A stretch of DNA of 44,238 nucleotides from Chlamydiia bacterium (GTDB lineage: Bacteria > Chlamydiota > Chlamydiia > Chlamydiales > JACKPQ01). The notes under the pieces are model-generated. The model did not search any database. It saw nothing but the letters and a program-made list of their open reading frames with translations, and was not told the origin of the DNA. The stretch lies in contig JAUILX010000001.1 of NCBI GenBank assembly GCA_030433395.1, positions 1 through 44,238 on the forward strand, written 5' to 3'. Of this stretch, positions 18,468 to 27,319 are shown piece after piece; the stretch's first letter is position 1, and each line of letters starts with the position of its first letter. The position numbers and the translations under genes are program-made.

Positions 18468-18493
18468 GACCATGAGATAAAAAATGTTAGTAG

Positions 18494-19594
18494 TTAAAAG
18501 TCAAAACGGAACGTGAGAGTCAAGCCTTGAAAAGTTAGGTCTCCCCCGTTTTGTTGTGGTTGGTTAATCACAACGTATCTGTTATGTCCCCACCAAACTT
18601 GTTCTTCCCAACCAGCATCGATTGCAATGTGGTATTCGTCGTGGTAAAACCATGTTTCATAACGAATGCCAAGCATTAGTTCTAAGACTGGAGAAACGGT
18701 GTGGTAGCTATTTTGTGTGTATAGATCAATATCTTGTACGCCAATCATTGTGTCGATATCTTTACGATCAACGTCAAATCCACTCCACAGCGCGGATAGG
18801 GCAAGGTTTCCGAAAATACTCCAGTCATTTGTGAAGTGCCAGGATGTATTCATACCTGCTCGCATTCCAATGCCCCAGAAGTCTTGATCGATGCGAATAT
18901 TTCTAGCTCCAAAGATAACGTTGGTGCCGATGTAGTCTACATCGTAATCTTGGTCCTGCCATGTTCCTTTGAACCCAATGAATGGTCGTAATTTGAGAAA
19001 TTTACTCGCGAAGAAATTTCGCCCAAGCTCTAGGTCAATGACGTTGAATTTTAGGTTCAAATCAGCGCGCGCTTCTTGTAGCTGTGTATTAAAAGCAGAG
19101 ATAAGTATTGCTGTGTTGGTGCCCCCTGTGCGGTCATCTGCGCTTGCGTGTAACCATGTATAAGCAGCATACAGATCCCACCCATCGTGAGATGCTGAAT
19201 ATCCCAGTCCGACTTTAAAGCCTGGGGCTATGCCGTAATCAACATCATGCAGCCTTCCTTTGCTTGGGTTTGTTCCAACGCCTGACATGGCATACTCTGT
19301 ATCTTCTTGATGAACAGACCACAGGATAAATGAGGCTGTAAAGAAAACATCGGAGCCCATGCAGACTCGGGGTCCTGCATCGCAAAGAACTTCCATTGGA
19401 GGGCATTCGGGTTCTTCGTGACAAACTAATTTGGGTTGAACAGGTGGTGTATAAGTTGGTCGTGCAGGTTTTTGAGCGGGCTCACTTTGCTCGTATTTTT
19501 TGTGCTCATCCATATCTGGACACGGTGATAAAGCCAAGAGCTTTATGCTAAGTATGCTTGTAATTGATAGTAAAAAGATCTTCCGAGGGATCAT
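18494..19594 (-). CDS. Cysteine-rich beta-barrel outer-membrane protein, paralog 3
   Basis: 366 aa with a signal peptide and the same conserved blocks. It is closest to paralog 1 in the C-terminal third (DAGWEEQVWWG...GDLTFQGLTL.FRFDF). Confidence 0.75.
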   Translation of the reverse strand: MIPRKIFLLSITSILSIKLLALSPCPDMDEHKKYEQSEPAQKPARPTYTPPVQPKLVCHEEPECPPMEVLCDAGPRVCMGSDVFFTASFILWSVHQEDTEYAMSGVGTNPSKGRLHDVDYGIAPGFKVGLGYSASHDGWDLYAAYTWLHASADDRTGGTNTAILISAFNTQLQEARADLNLKFNVIDLELGRNFFASKFLKLRPFIGFKGTWQDQDYDVDYIGTNVIFGARNIRIDQDFWGIGMRAGMNTSWHFTNDWSIFGNLALSALWSGFDVDRKDIDTMIGVQDIDLYTQNSYHTVSPVLELMLGIRYETWFYHDEYHIAIDAGWEEQVWWGHNRYVVINQPQQNGGDLTFQGLTLTFRFDF

Positions 19595-19627
19595 CGTTCC
19601 TCCATTTGATTTTGTAAGGTTAGCTCA

Positions 19628-19656
19628 CATTAACGAGTTTGTAAAAATCATGTCAA
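19628..19656 (-). promoter_or_regulatory. Putative promoter of OMP paralog 3
   Basis: Minus strand reads TTGACA (19651-19656), a 17-nt spacer, then TTAATG (19628-19633). A 34-nt leader carries GGAGG. Confidence 0.55.
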
Positions 19657-19677
19657 CAAAAAATCGGATAAGGTTTT

Positions 19678-20838
19678 TTAGAAGTCAAAGCGTACTGTAA
19701 AGTTCAACCCTTGCATGGTTAGATTGCCACTGGTATCTTGAGGAGATGTTTCAGAAATGTGAAAGTTATTTCCCCACCAAACCTGTTCTTCCCAACCAAC
19801 TGCAAGTGCTAGGTGGTAGTCATCGCATGAGAAGAATGTGTCCCACTCAACTCCAATGCCAAGCTCTAGTACTGGCAATACTGTGTGAATGGTATTTTTA
19901 GTGGATAGAGTGGTTTGGCTCAGGTCAACGTTCAGATTTAAATTCTGAGAGTCGATGCGCTCAGTGCTGCTATAATCCCAAAGGGCGCTAAGAGCCATAT
20001 CTCCGTATAAGCTCCATCGTTTAGTTAAGTACCAGTTGGTATTAAAACCTGCCCTCATTCCCAGATACCAATTAAAGCTATCCATGTGGAGGCGATCGAC
20101 TACATCAGTTGAAGGTGAAAGTTCATTTAAATAGCGAATCTTATAATCTTCATCTTGCCATCCTCCTTTTAGGCCTACGAAGGGCCGAATTGTTAGATAA
20201 CGGCTTGTGTAGAAATTGCGGCCAAGTTCTAAATCAAAGTTATTAAACATGAGGTGCCAAAAAACTTCAGCGCGAGCAATATCACCAACGATTGGCTGGA
20301 ACCATATTGTTTGCATGTCAGAGCCACTAACGTCATTGTTGCCTTTACCTTTGAGCCAGGTGTATTGTAGAAATAAATCACAGCTATCATGAGGAAGTTG
20401 ATAACCCAGGCCTACTTTGAAGCCGGGTTCAGTGCGAAAGTCTGGATGGCTTACTTTTCCCTTGCTAGTTGGAGGCGGGTTGGCTCCATTTTGGATGCCA
20501 GTGATGACATATTCTAGGCCTTCTTGACGAACAGTCCAATATAAAAAAATGCCAGTCACATAGGCATTGGCCCCATCTCGTACGCGTGGTCCTGCGCTGA
20601 CCATGACTTCGTGGCAAGGGTCAACACATTCGCAATAGCAGTTTTCTTTGTTGCGATCATAACACTCTAACATGGGATCGCGCTCAAACATGGTGCCTGC
20701 TGAAGTTTGCTCATGGGTGTTTCTGGCCGCATTTTGCTGGCGGTATTTTGGTTTCGGTTGATGGTCCTCAGGTGAGGGGCAAACCCCTGCACTTAAAGCT
20801 GCCCCAGCTATGATTGGTAATAGTTTTAGTATTTTCAT
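19678..20838 (-). CDS. Cysteine-rich beta-barrel outer-membrane protein, paralog 4
   Basis: 386 aa with a signal peptide and a Cys-rich linker (ECYDRNKENCYCECVDPC). Has the blocks SAGPRV, EPGFKVGLG, ELGRNFY, ALSALW and GWEEQVWWG, and ends in VRFDF. Confidence 0.75.
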   Translation of the reverse strand: MKILKLLPIIAGAALSAGVCPSPEDHQPKPKYRQQNAARNTHEQTSAGTMFERDPMLECYDRNKENCYCECVDPCHEVMVSAGPRVRDGANAYVTGIFLYWTVRQEGLEYVITGIQNGANPPPTSKGKVSHPDFRTEPGFKVGLGYQLPHDSCDLFLQYTWLKGKGNNDVSGSDMQTIWFQPIVGDIARAEVFWHLMFNNFDLELGRNFYTSRYLTIRPFVGLKGGWQDEDYKIRYLNELSPSTDVVDRLHMDSFNWYLGMRAGFNTNWYLTKRWSLYGDMALSALWDYSSTERIDSQNLNLNVDLSQTTLSTKNTIHTVLPVLELGIGVEWDTFFSCDDYHLALAVGWEEQVWWGNNFHISETSPQDTSGNLTMQGLNFTVRFDF

Positions 20839-20877
20839 CTGGTGCTCTCCTGCTTCTCTTGATAATTAATAGGTGTA

Positions 20878-20906
20878 CACTAATGAATTTTATTGAATTG
20901 TGTCAA
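20878..20906 (-). promoter_or_regulatory. Putative promoter of OMP paralog 4; the -35 element overlaps the sctT stop codon
   Basis: Minus strand reads TTGACA (20901-20906), a 17-nt spacer, then TTAGTG (20878-20883). Confidence 0.5.
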
Positions 20907-21745
20907 TAGGTTTTTAGAGTAAGGATGAGGTTGTCGATAAGCTTGAACCAGTCGAGGGTTTGTTTCGAAAGAACTCTGAGCGTAAAAAACCAGCCTGCCC
21001 AAAGAATTGTTAGGCCTGCTAGGGATTTTAAAGACATGCCTAAAAATGCGATTTGCACTTGTTGTGCAAGCCTGTTTGCAATGCCTAAAAACATCTCAGC
21101 CATAAGAATAGCAAGAATTGCTGGTGCGCCAAGTTGTATGGCAATGGTCATGATTTGGTTGACAAGGTCGATAAAAAGTTTTGCTAAAGGTGTATTTAAA
21201 TCAAGTGCTCCAGACTTGAGAAATCCATCAACTGGTAAAACTGCAAATGCTTTTGAAAGGGCATCAAAGAAAAAAAAGGGGCCATCAACTGCGAAGAAAA
21301 TAACAATAAGGAGGTAGTTGTAAAGCTGACCAATTGGAGATGATTGTGATTGTAGGCTTGGATCTTGCATTTGCATGATGGAGGCGCCTCTCATGTAGTC
21401 AATGACTAAACCGGCAGTTGTTGCTATGATAAATGGAATCATGGCAAGAAATGCAATAAAGAAGCCAATCAGTAATTCTTTAAAGGCGTATCCGAGAAAG
21501 GCTGCGTCAAATGCAATGTCTAATGAAGAGGTTTTTAAAATGATTGGCATAAAGAAGAGGGCAAAAACGCATGCTATCATGATGCGCACTGGTGCCGGGC
21601 TTAATTTGGCGCCAAAGAAGGGCACAAAAGAAACAATGGGCGCGAGCCTTAATACGGCTAGCATATAGAGGCACAGCAGTCCAAGTGCGCTTAATCCAGG
21701 AATACCTAAAAAGTGGTTAAGGTAGGTGTCGAGGTCACTGCTCAT
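20903..21745 (-). CDS. sctT: Type III secretion export-apparatus protein SctT (CdsT/YscT)
   Basis: A polytopic protein of about 280 aa of FliR/SctT type. Its ATG forms an ATGA overlap with the sctS stop, and it is last in the R-S-T order. Confidence 0.8.
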   Translation of the reverse strand: MSSDLDTYLNHFLGIPGLSALGLLCLYMLAVLRLAPIVSFVPFFGAKLSPAPVRIMIACVFALFFMPIILKTSSLDIAFDAAFLGYAFKELLIGFFIAFLAMIPFIIATTAGLVIDYMRGASIMQMQDPSLQSQSSPIGQLYNYLLIVIFFAVDGPFFFFDALSKAFAVLPVDGFLKSGALDLNTPLAKLFIDLVNQIMTIAIQLGAPAILAILMAEMFLGIANRLAQQVQIAFLGMSLKSLAGLTILWAGWFFTLRVLSKQTLDWFKLIDNLILTLKTY

Positions 21746-22011
21746 GTGCCCCACTTAAAGAAGTTTTGAAAAATGTTATTTGAAAACTGTAAAATTTGAG
21801 CGCTTAAAAAACCGCCCATAACCATGATTGTTAAGATTACGGCGACAAGTTTTACTGTGAAGGAAAGGGTTTGTTCTTGAATTTGCGTTGCGGCTTGAAA
21901 AATAGCTACAAAGAGTCCAAATGCCATGCTGATAACGATTGGTGGTCCGGATAGAATAAGGATTAGCAAAAGTGATTGATAGGCTAATTCTGAAATTTGT
22001 GTACTGAACAC
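21742..22011 (-). CDS. sctS: Type III secretion export-apparatus protein SctS (CdsS/YscS)
   Basis: 89 aa forming a two-helix hairpin, with the FliQ/SctS block AIFQAATQIQEQTLSF. Confidence 0.85.
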   Translation of the reverse strand: MFSTQISELAYQSLLLILILSGPPIVISMAFGLFVAIFQAATQIQEQTLSFTVKLVAVILTIMVMGGFLSAQILQFSNNIFQNFFKWGT

Positions 22012-22022
22012 TGGTTTTTCTC

Positions 22023-22853
22023 CTATCTAAATGTTTTTACGATGCCGTCAATGACAAGTGTCCAACCATCTACCATAACAATTAAAAGGAGTTTGAGAGG
22101 TAGTGCAATGGTTAAAGGGGAAAGCATCATCATGCCCATTGCGAGCAAGATATTTGAGGTTACTAAATCGATAACAAAAAATGGTAGGTAGATCAACACG
22201 CCGATCTCAAAGGCGCTTTTTAACTGGCTGGTGATAAAAGCTGGCACGACAATGATAAAATCGGTTGGTTTAAGGTCTGTGCCGCTTGTTCCTGCGATGC
22301 TTTTTTCACCGAGGCGATAAAATAGTTGGATGTGTTTGGCAGAGCTGTTTTTTTCCAAAAAGTGGCGCATGGGGCCTTTTGCTCTGTCGAGAATACCCAT
22401 TAGATAAAGAGCTGTATTTTGTGAGAAGAGCTTTTCTGGAGCTGCCTCTTCAATGAATTGTTCTGAGGCTTTGTACATAGCAACGCCTGTTGGATACATC
22501 ACGTAAATAGCCATAATCAAGGCAATACCTGTGAGTGCTTGGTTAGGAGGGGAGTTTTGAACACCGATTGCGTTGCGCATTAAAGAGAGGACAATCACCA
22601 TCTTTAGGTATGAGGTGAGTAGCATGATTGCAAAGGGAAGGAGGGCAAGTCCTGCCAATATAGCCATTTCAACTGCAATTGATGGCTGAGAGACGGGCTC
22701 ACTCTGCCCGCTGTTTTGCGCTATAAAGTTTTCGATTTGATTTTTTGCAGATGGGGGCTCGTCTTGCGCAAAAGAGCGCGTGGAGGCAGTTAAAGTGATG
22801 AGCAGTAGAAACGTAAATAAGGTCAGTTTCTTTCGGTTAAAGTGGATTTTCAT
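22023..22853 (-). CDS. sctR: Type III secretion export-apparatus protein SctR (CdsR/YscR) with a chlamydia-style N-terminal extension
   Basis: 276 aa with the FliP/SctR block SLMRNAIGVQNSPPNQALTGIALIMAIYVMYP. Confidence 0.9.
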   Translation of the reverse strand: MKIHFNRKKLTLFTFLLLITLTASTRSFAQDEPPSAKNQIENFIAQNSGQSEPVSQPSIAVEMAILAGLALLPFAIMLLTSYLKMVIVLSLMRNAIGVQNSPPNQALTGIALIMAIYVMYPTGVAMYKASEQFIEEAAPEKLFSQNTALYLMGILDRAKGPMRHFLEKNSSAKHIQLFYRLGEKSIAGTSGTDLKPTDFIIVVPAFITSQLKSAFEIGVLIYLPFFVIDLVTSNILLAMGMMMLSPLTIALPLKLLLIVMVDGWTLVIDGIVKTFR

Positions 22854-23476
22854 TGTGGCTTCATAAATGTTTCAAACGCAGCTTCTAGAGCGCGCCATTG
22901 GTTTTCAAGGCTTGCATTGATAATGCCAGCTTCTGTTTCAATGATGCAACCTCCTTTTTCAACATCTTCACGTTCAATGATCGAAAAGGTTTCAACATGG
23001 TCGAGTTGCTGCCTGATTTGATCTCGTTCTTTTTCGATGAGATCTTTGTCGTCTTTATGGATATAAATCTTAATATGACGGTATTGGGTAACGGGTCGCA
23101 GCGCTCCCATAACAATATCAACGATAACATTGGGATTGATTTCGAGCTCTTTATTAACGATTTTCTTAGCAGCTTTTAGTGCTATCGGTAGGATTTGACG
23201 CTGCGTTTCGCTGCGGATCGTTTTTATTTGTTTTTCGAATTCCAGCAGATGATGATTAAATTCTTCTAGACCCTCGTTGCGCCCTTCTTCCTTAGCTTTT
23301 TTTCGCAAGTTTTGGCATTGTTTTTTTGCGCGCTCAAGTTTTTTTTCTGACTCGATCTGGGCTTTTTCAAGAGCCTCTTGGGCGCTTATTAACATGCTGA
23401 AGTCTTCAGCTGATATGACTTTACCATCTGCATGCTTTTGAATGCTTTCTTGATCAGTAATGGAAAAATATTTCAT
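22850..23476 (-). CDS. sctL: Type III secretion stator protein SctL (CdsL/YscL, FliH-like)
   Basis: 208 aa with a charged coiled-coil N-terminal half. Its position directly upstream of sctR, with ATGA coupling, matches the Chlamydia CT561 position. Confidence 0.7.
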   Translation of the reverse strand: MKYFSITDQESIQKHADGKVISAEDFSMLISAQEALEKAQIESEKKLERAKKQCQNLRKKAKEEGRNEGLEEFNHHLLEFEKQIKTIRSETQRQILPIALKAAKKIVNKELEINPNVIVDIVMGALRPVTQYRHIKIYIHKDDKDLIEKERDQIRQQLDHVETFSIIEREDVEKGGCIIETEAGIINASLENQWRALEAAFETFMKPQ

Positions 23477-24204
23477 GATAGGCCTTTAAATGCAGCTTTT
23501 AGTTCTTCTTGCAAGGTTTTTTGAGCATTTTTATTTTTGACATCCGCGCAAAGAGAGTTAAATATAGCGGCGTTGTCTTTGCTCAGCAAATGTTGAAGGT
23601 ACCACTTGATGCTGGGATGGCACGGATAGAGTGCTTTTGCAAATCGGTTGAAACCTCTTTTTTCGATAACGCTCTGTAGACTTGCTGGTTGTTTGTCCCA
23701 ACGGGTTAAGGAAAGTCGACCAAAATCAATCGGTGTGGGTTTGTCTTGGATGCTTTTATAAAATGCTTTCTGGTCATCGCTCAATGAAGACGAGATCGCT
23801 TGCAAGATGTCTGTTTGAACAATCTTTCTTGCATCGAGTGCAAGATCAAAAAGTCCAAGTCGCTTGTATCCTTCAATAATGGTTGTTACACCGTGCTGTA
23901 AAACATTTCCCAAAGGGAGGGCTAAAGCTGTTTCATAGGGTAGGATGTGTGCTGGCTTTATTGATGACCATAGCTGAGATTGAGCAAATGCCTGAAGAGG
24001 AGAGGGAGACAAACTCATTTGGTGGAGATTTTTGCTTTTATCTTGTAGCCAAGAAGTGTCTATACAATCTAAGAATGCAAAGGGTTTTTTGATCCAGTCT
24101 GCACTTGCCAAAGGAATTTTTTCTAATTCCAACTTCAATGAGGGAGCGATACTAGTTGTTTGATCACCGAGGAGTGCTTTTAATATTGCATGTTTTGGAT
24201 GCAC
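23473..24204 (-). CDS. Hypothetical protein at the CT560/SctK position of the chlamydial T3SS operon
   Basis: 243 aa, translationally coupled between sctJ and sctL. No motif was recognised, so the call is positional only. Confidence 0.45.
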   Translation of the reverse strand: MHPKHAILKALLGDQTTSIAPSLKLELEKIPLASADWIKKPFAFLDCIDTSWLQDKSKNLHQMSLSPSPLQAFAQSQLWSSIKPAHILPYETALALPLGNVLQHGVTTIIEGYKRLGLFDLALDARKIVQTDILQAISSSLSDDQKAFYKSIQDKPTPIDFGRLSLTRWDKQPASLQSVIEKRGFNRFAKALYPCHPSIKWYLQHLLSKDNAAIFNSLCADVKNKNAQKTLQEELKAAFKGLS

Positions 24205-24207
24205 TCA

Positions 24208-25104
24208 TCACTCCTCTTCAGATTTTTGCTCGGGAGCTGGCAAAGGAGTTGGGCTAAAGAAGTTTTTCATGCCGCCATGCCGCAAAATAGGGTAGAATTT
24301 CCAAATCATCCAGCCTGTACAAACTGCAAACACAATTGCGAAAAACAGCAGTGAGAAGAAAAGAGATCGAAAGCGATGAGCTGAGCTCTTGGATAGGATA
24401 ATCGACCAAATTTGGACATAATCTTCGGGGCTTGTTGCAAAAGATGCGCTATCAAGAGTTGGTTTAACGTCTGTAAAACGAGACCAATCTGAAACAACAG
24501 TAACGTCATTAAGGTCGAGTCCAGTGACACTGCCTGAAACTATGCGCTTGATTTTAGCTTCTAGGTGTGAATTGGGGTCGTCAATAACACCTTGGTGCTT
24601 AACGTAAACAGCTGCAGTAATCTTTGTCGCTGTGGGAGTCTCCCCAGGTGCTGTCGACTGTGGTGGAAAGGATAATTGCAAACTTGCATCGATCACACCG
24701 TCGATCATTAGGATTGTATTTGTAATTTGTTGAGCTAGACCTGCTTGGTAACGGATCATTTCTTCACGGTCTGAAGACATCAAGCCCTGTTTGGCAAATA
24801 GGTCAAGTAAGTTGGTTCCTTGCTGTTGGGGAAGGCCGTTAGCGTTTAAAACAGCCATTGCAGTGACAGCTTGTTTTGGAGCCACGTGGACAGAGAATTT
24901 TGGGCCGGCATTATCACCGCCGATCATGCCTCCAGAAGATGAGCGCATTTTTGTAGCGGCAATGCCCTTACTTTCTAGAAAAACAACGATTAAATTTGCG
25001 TTGCGCTCTGACAAGTCGCTAATGACTTCTGTGTCCTTTCCGCAACCGACTAAAAAAGCTAAACATAGAATTGTAGCTAATGTTCTGAATGTCATTTTCA
25101 TCAT
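24208..25104 (-). CDS. sctJ: Type III secretion inner-membrane ring lipoprotein SctJ (CdsJ/YscJ)
   Basis: Start at MMKMTFRTLATILCLAFLVGCGKD (lipobox LVGC; GGAG 5 nt upstream of the ATG at 25104). Has a YscJ/PrgK-type body and a C-terminal TM helix. The longer track ORF, up to 25368, is an upstream read-through overlapping the GT9 gene. Confidence 0.85.
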   Translation of the reverse strand: MMKMTFRTLATILCLAFLVGCGKDTEVISDLSERNANLIVVFLESKGIAATKMRSSSGGMIGGDNAGPKFSVHVAPKQAVTAMAVLNANGLPQQQGTNLLDLFAKQGLMSSDREEMIRYQAGLAQQITNTILMIDGVIDASLQLSFPPQSTAPGETPTATKITAAVYVKHQGVIDDPNSHLEAKIKRIVSGSVTGLDLNDVTVVSDWSRFTDVKPTLDSASFATSPEDYVQIWSIILSKSSAHRFRSLFFSLLFFAIVFAVCTGWMIWKFYPILRHGGMKNFFSPTPLPAPEQKSEEE

Positions 25105-25174
25105 ATATACTCCAGCGCTACTCTTTTTATAATGAAAAATGATTATTCTGGCTAGACTAAGTTTTATTTTGAAT

Positions 25175-26281
25175 TTAATTTCTGCATTGCAAAAAAACTT
25201 CTTGCACTCCGATGCTGCGCATGCAAAAGGGATCGCAACATTTTTTACGCAAACAAGGGGAGCAGGTTTTTTTCTTTGCAATGATGTTTGCTTGTTTTGC
25301 TTGGTGCGGGCCGCATAAGTTTGGGTCAGTAGGACCAAAAAGAGCAACGGTTTTAGTGGTTGTTGCAAAGGCCATGTGCATGGGACCAGTGTCGTTTGTC
25401 ACAAAGCACTGAAAGAGGGGGAGCAGAGCCCCAAATTGGCGAATATTTAACTCCCCTGCAAGAGAATTGGCGCCCGGAATGGATTTAGCAATTTGATTTG
25501 CTAGTGGTTTTTCTGCTAGGTTTCCAGTAATAACTACTTGTGCATTGAGCTCACTAGCACATTTTTGGCCAAGCATTATAAAGTGCTCTTTTGGCCATTG
25601 TTTAAAACGATCTTTAGACCCAGGATGAAGAGCTATCACTGGGCGTGTAAACTGTTTGATAAATTCTTGTGCCCAGATGGCTTCATCATTGGTAGTATGC
25701 CAGTCCAAAGTCTCGTTTCCGTCTACACTTGTGATTTGCATGCGCCTTGAAATTTCGTGTTGATAGATTGGGGTGCAGGGGTTTGTTAGCAGTTTGTCCA
25801 GACCTTTGTTGATGCCGCATGTGCCCGCAATGCTTTTTGCGCGTGTCATAGCGCAAAGTGGCAGGATAATACGTTGAGAAGTGTGAAAAATAAAGACCTG
25901 ATCGGGATCAAAACGTTTAATTGAATAAGCAATTTTGGGAAATTGTAAAAAGGATGAGCTATTCATTACAATCATTTGATCGATGTAGGGATTGTTTTTG
26001 AGGACTTGCGCGCCAATAGGGCTTATCAAAACGCAAATCAGCGCTTGAGGATGAGTCTGCTTAAGAGCTCTAATGGCAGGGGTTGCCCAAAGTGTGTCGC
26101 CGAGTCCAGTTGTAGAGGCAACTAAAATACGCTTTGGGTTAGAAATAGCCTCGCGATAACGTAGATAGGGTTTTGCTAATAGCTTTAGCAGAGTATTTTT
26201 GATGCGCAATCCTTGGTTTTTGGTAATGATACCAAAGGCTTGACATATGGGCAAAGGCCCTTGCGGCATTTGCCTGGGCAC
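25175..26281 (-). CDS. Glycosyltransferase family 9 (LPS heptosyltransferase-like)
   Basis: 368 aa: ILVASTTGLGDTLWATPAIRAL and VTNDTGPMHMAFA. The start is uncertain. If it is 26281 or 26269, the gene overlaps the hemH 3' end by 85-97 nt. Confidence 0.75.
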   Translation of the reverse strand: MPRQMPQGPLPICQAFGIITKNQGLRIKNTLLKLLAKPYLRYREAISNPKRILVASTTGLGDTLWATPAIRALKQTHPQALICVLISPIGAQVLKNNPYIDQMIVMNSSSFLQFPKIAYSIKRFDPDQVFIFHTSQRIILPLCAMTRAKSIAGTCGINKGLDKLLTNPCTPIYQHEISRRMQITSVDGNETLDWHTTNDEAIWAQEFIKQFTRPVIALHPGSKDRFKQWPKEHFIMLGQKCASELNAQVVITGNLAEKPLANQIAKSIPGANSLAGELNIRQFGALLPLFQCFVTNDTGPMHMAFATTTKTVALFGPTDPNLCGPHQAKQANIIAKKKTCSPCLRKKCCDPFCMRSIGVQEVFLQCRN

Positions 26282-27300
26282 CGGATGCGTTTATCGCGTA
26301 CAAGCAGGGCGTTTGTAGTGCGAGGGCTGGTCTTTAAAATATTTACTATTGCTTCTTGCCACGCTTTTGAAAAATTAAAAGCTGGGCATCGCAGCGCTCG
26401 TAGTCCTTTTTTTCTGACGACCGGTAAGTAAAGATCTTCAACCTCAACAAGAGTCTCAATATGGTCAGAGGTAAATGTTAATGGCACAAATACAACGGTC
26501 TGATCCTTACCAAAATGGTCGGTAATAGTTTCGCACACCTCATCTGTATAAGGTCGAATCCACTCCTCGGGCCCAAATTTGGACTGATAGGCTAAAACTG
26601 ATGCAGTTTTAGGAAAGGACTCCATGATTTTTTTATATGAAGTCTCACACTCTTGCTTGTAGGGATCCCCACTGCAAATAAAACTTGTGGGAACGCCGTG
26701 CGGTGAAAAAAACAAAGCAGCTTTTTCCTCTGAGACATCTTGGGAGTCAAGATAACTTTTGATATGTGATGAAAACAAATCTATAAAAGCAGGATGTGAG
26801 TGATACGATCGGATCCAATTGAGCTTTTGCAACGTGTTGGGATTGAGCTTTTTTGCAAAAATGCGTGCAATGCTTCCTGTGGTTGCATAGCTAAATTGCG
26901 GGAAAAGAGGTAAAACACAAAGTTTTTGCGCCTTGCAGGCATCAATTAACGCTAAGCTTTTTTGGTGCGTTGAGGGCAGATAGCGATGGAAAGTTAATAC
27001 GGGCAGATTTAGCTTTTTAGAAAGATTGTCAGCTAGTGCTTCTGTGACTTCAAAAATAGGAGATTTGTCTCCCATTTTAGCATATTCTTCAGAAATGGTC
27101 TTTGATCTTTTTGCTGCGATGCGCCTAAAGAGGAGGTTTTGCGCAAGTGGTGGTAAATGGGTTCGTATAACATCGGGATCGCACAAGAGCTCTGTTAGAA
27201 AAGGACGTATTTCACCCAGATCTCTTGGTCCACCGAAATTTACAAGCACCAAAGCATCTTCCATAGGGCTCATTGAAACCTCTTTTCGAGTTTTTGACAA
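26185..27300 (-). CDS. hemH: Ferrochelatase with a Cys-rich C-terminal tail
   Basis: Has LVNFGGP, FSPHGVP and TSDHIETLVEVE. The start is uncertain (27300, 27273 or 27264). Confidence 0.85.
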   Translation of the reverse strand: MSKTRKEVSMSPMEDALVLVNFGGPRDLGEIRPFLTELLCDPDVIRTHLPPLAQNLLFRRIAAKRSKTISEEYAKMGDKSPIFEVTEALADNLSKKLNLPVLTFHRYLPSTHQKSLALIDACKAQKLCVLPLFPQFSYATTGSIARIFAKKLNPNTLQKLNWIRSYHSHPAFIDLFSSHIKSYLDSQDVSEEKAALFFSPHGVPTSFICSGDPYKQECETSYKKIMESFPKTASVLAYQSKFGPEEWIRPYTDEVCETITDHFGKDQTVVFVPLTFTSDHIETLVEVEDLYLPVVRKKGLRALRCPAFNFSKAWQEAIVNILKTSPRTTNALLVRDKRIRCPGKCRKGLCPYVKPLVSLPKTKDCASKILC

Positions 27301-27319
27301 GTGTGCTATACCAAAAACT

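Noticed and set aside
19655-19680. Terminator after OMP paralog 4 (AAAAAACC...TTTTTT).
   Set aside because: Only A:T pairing is possible and there is no GC stem. Read-through into paralog 3 cannot be excluded.
24208-25368. Long 386-aa version of the sctJ ORF with an 88-aa N-terminal extension.
   Set aside because: The extension overlaps the GT9 gene end and has no signal-peptide logic. A canonical lipoprotein start, MMKMTF...LVGC with GGAG upstream, is at 25104.
27026-27319. 98-aa N-terminal extension of the P-type ATPase ORF.
   Set aside because: It is the antisense of the hemH 5' region. The HMA domain begins right after the ATG at 27320.
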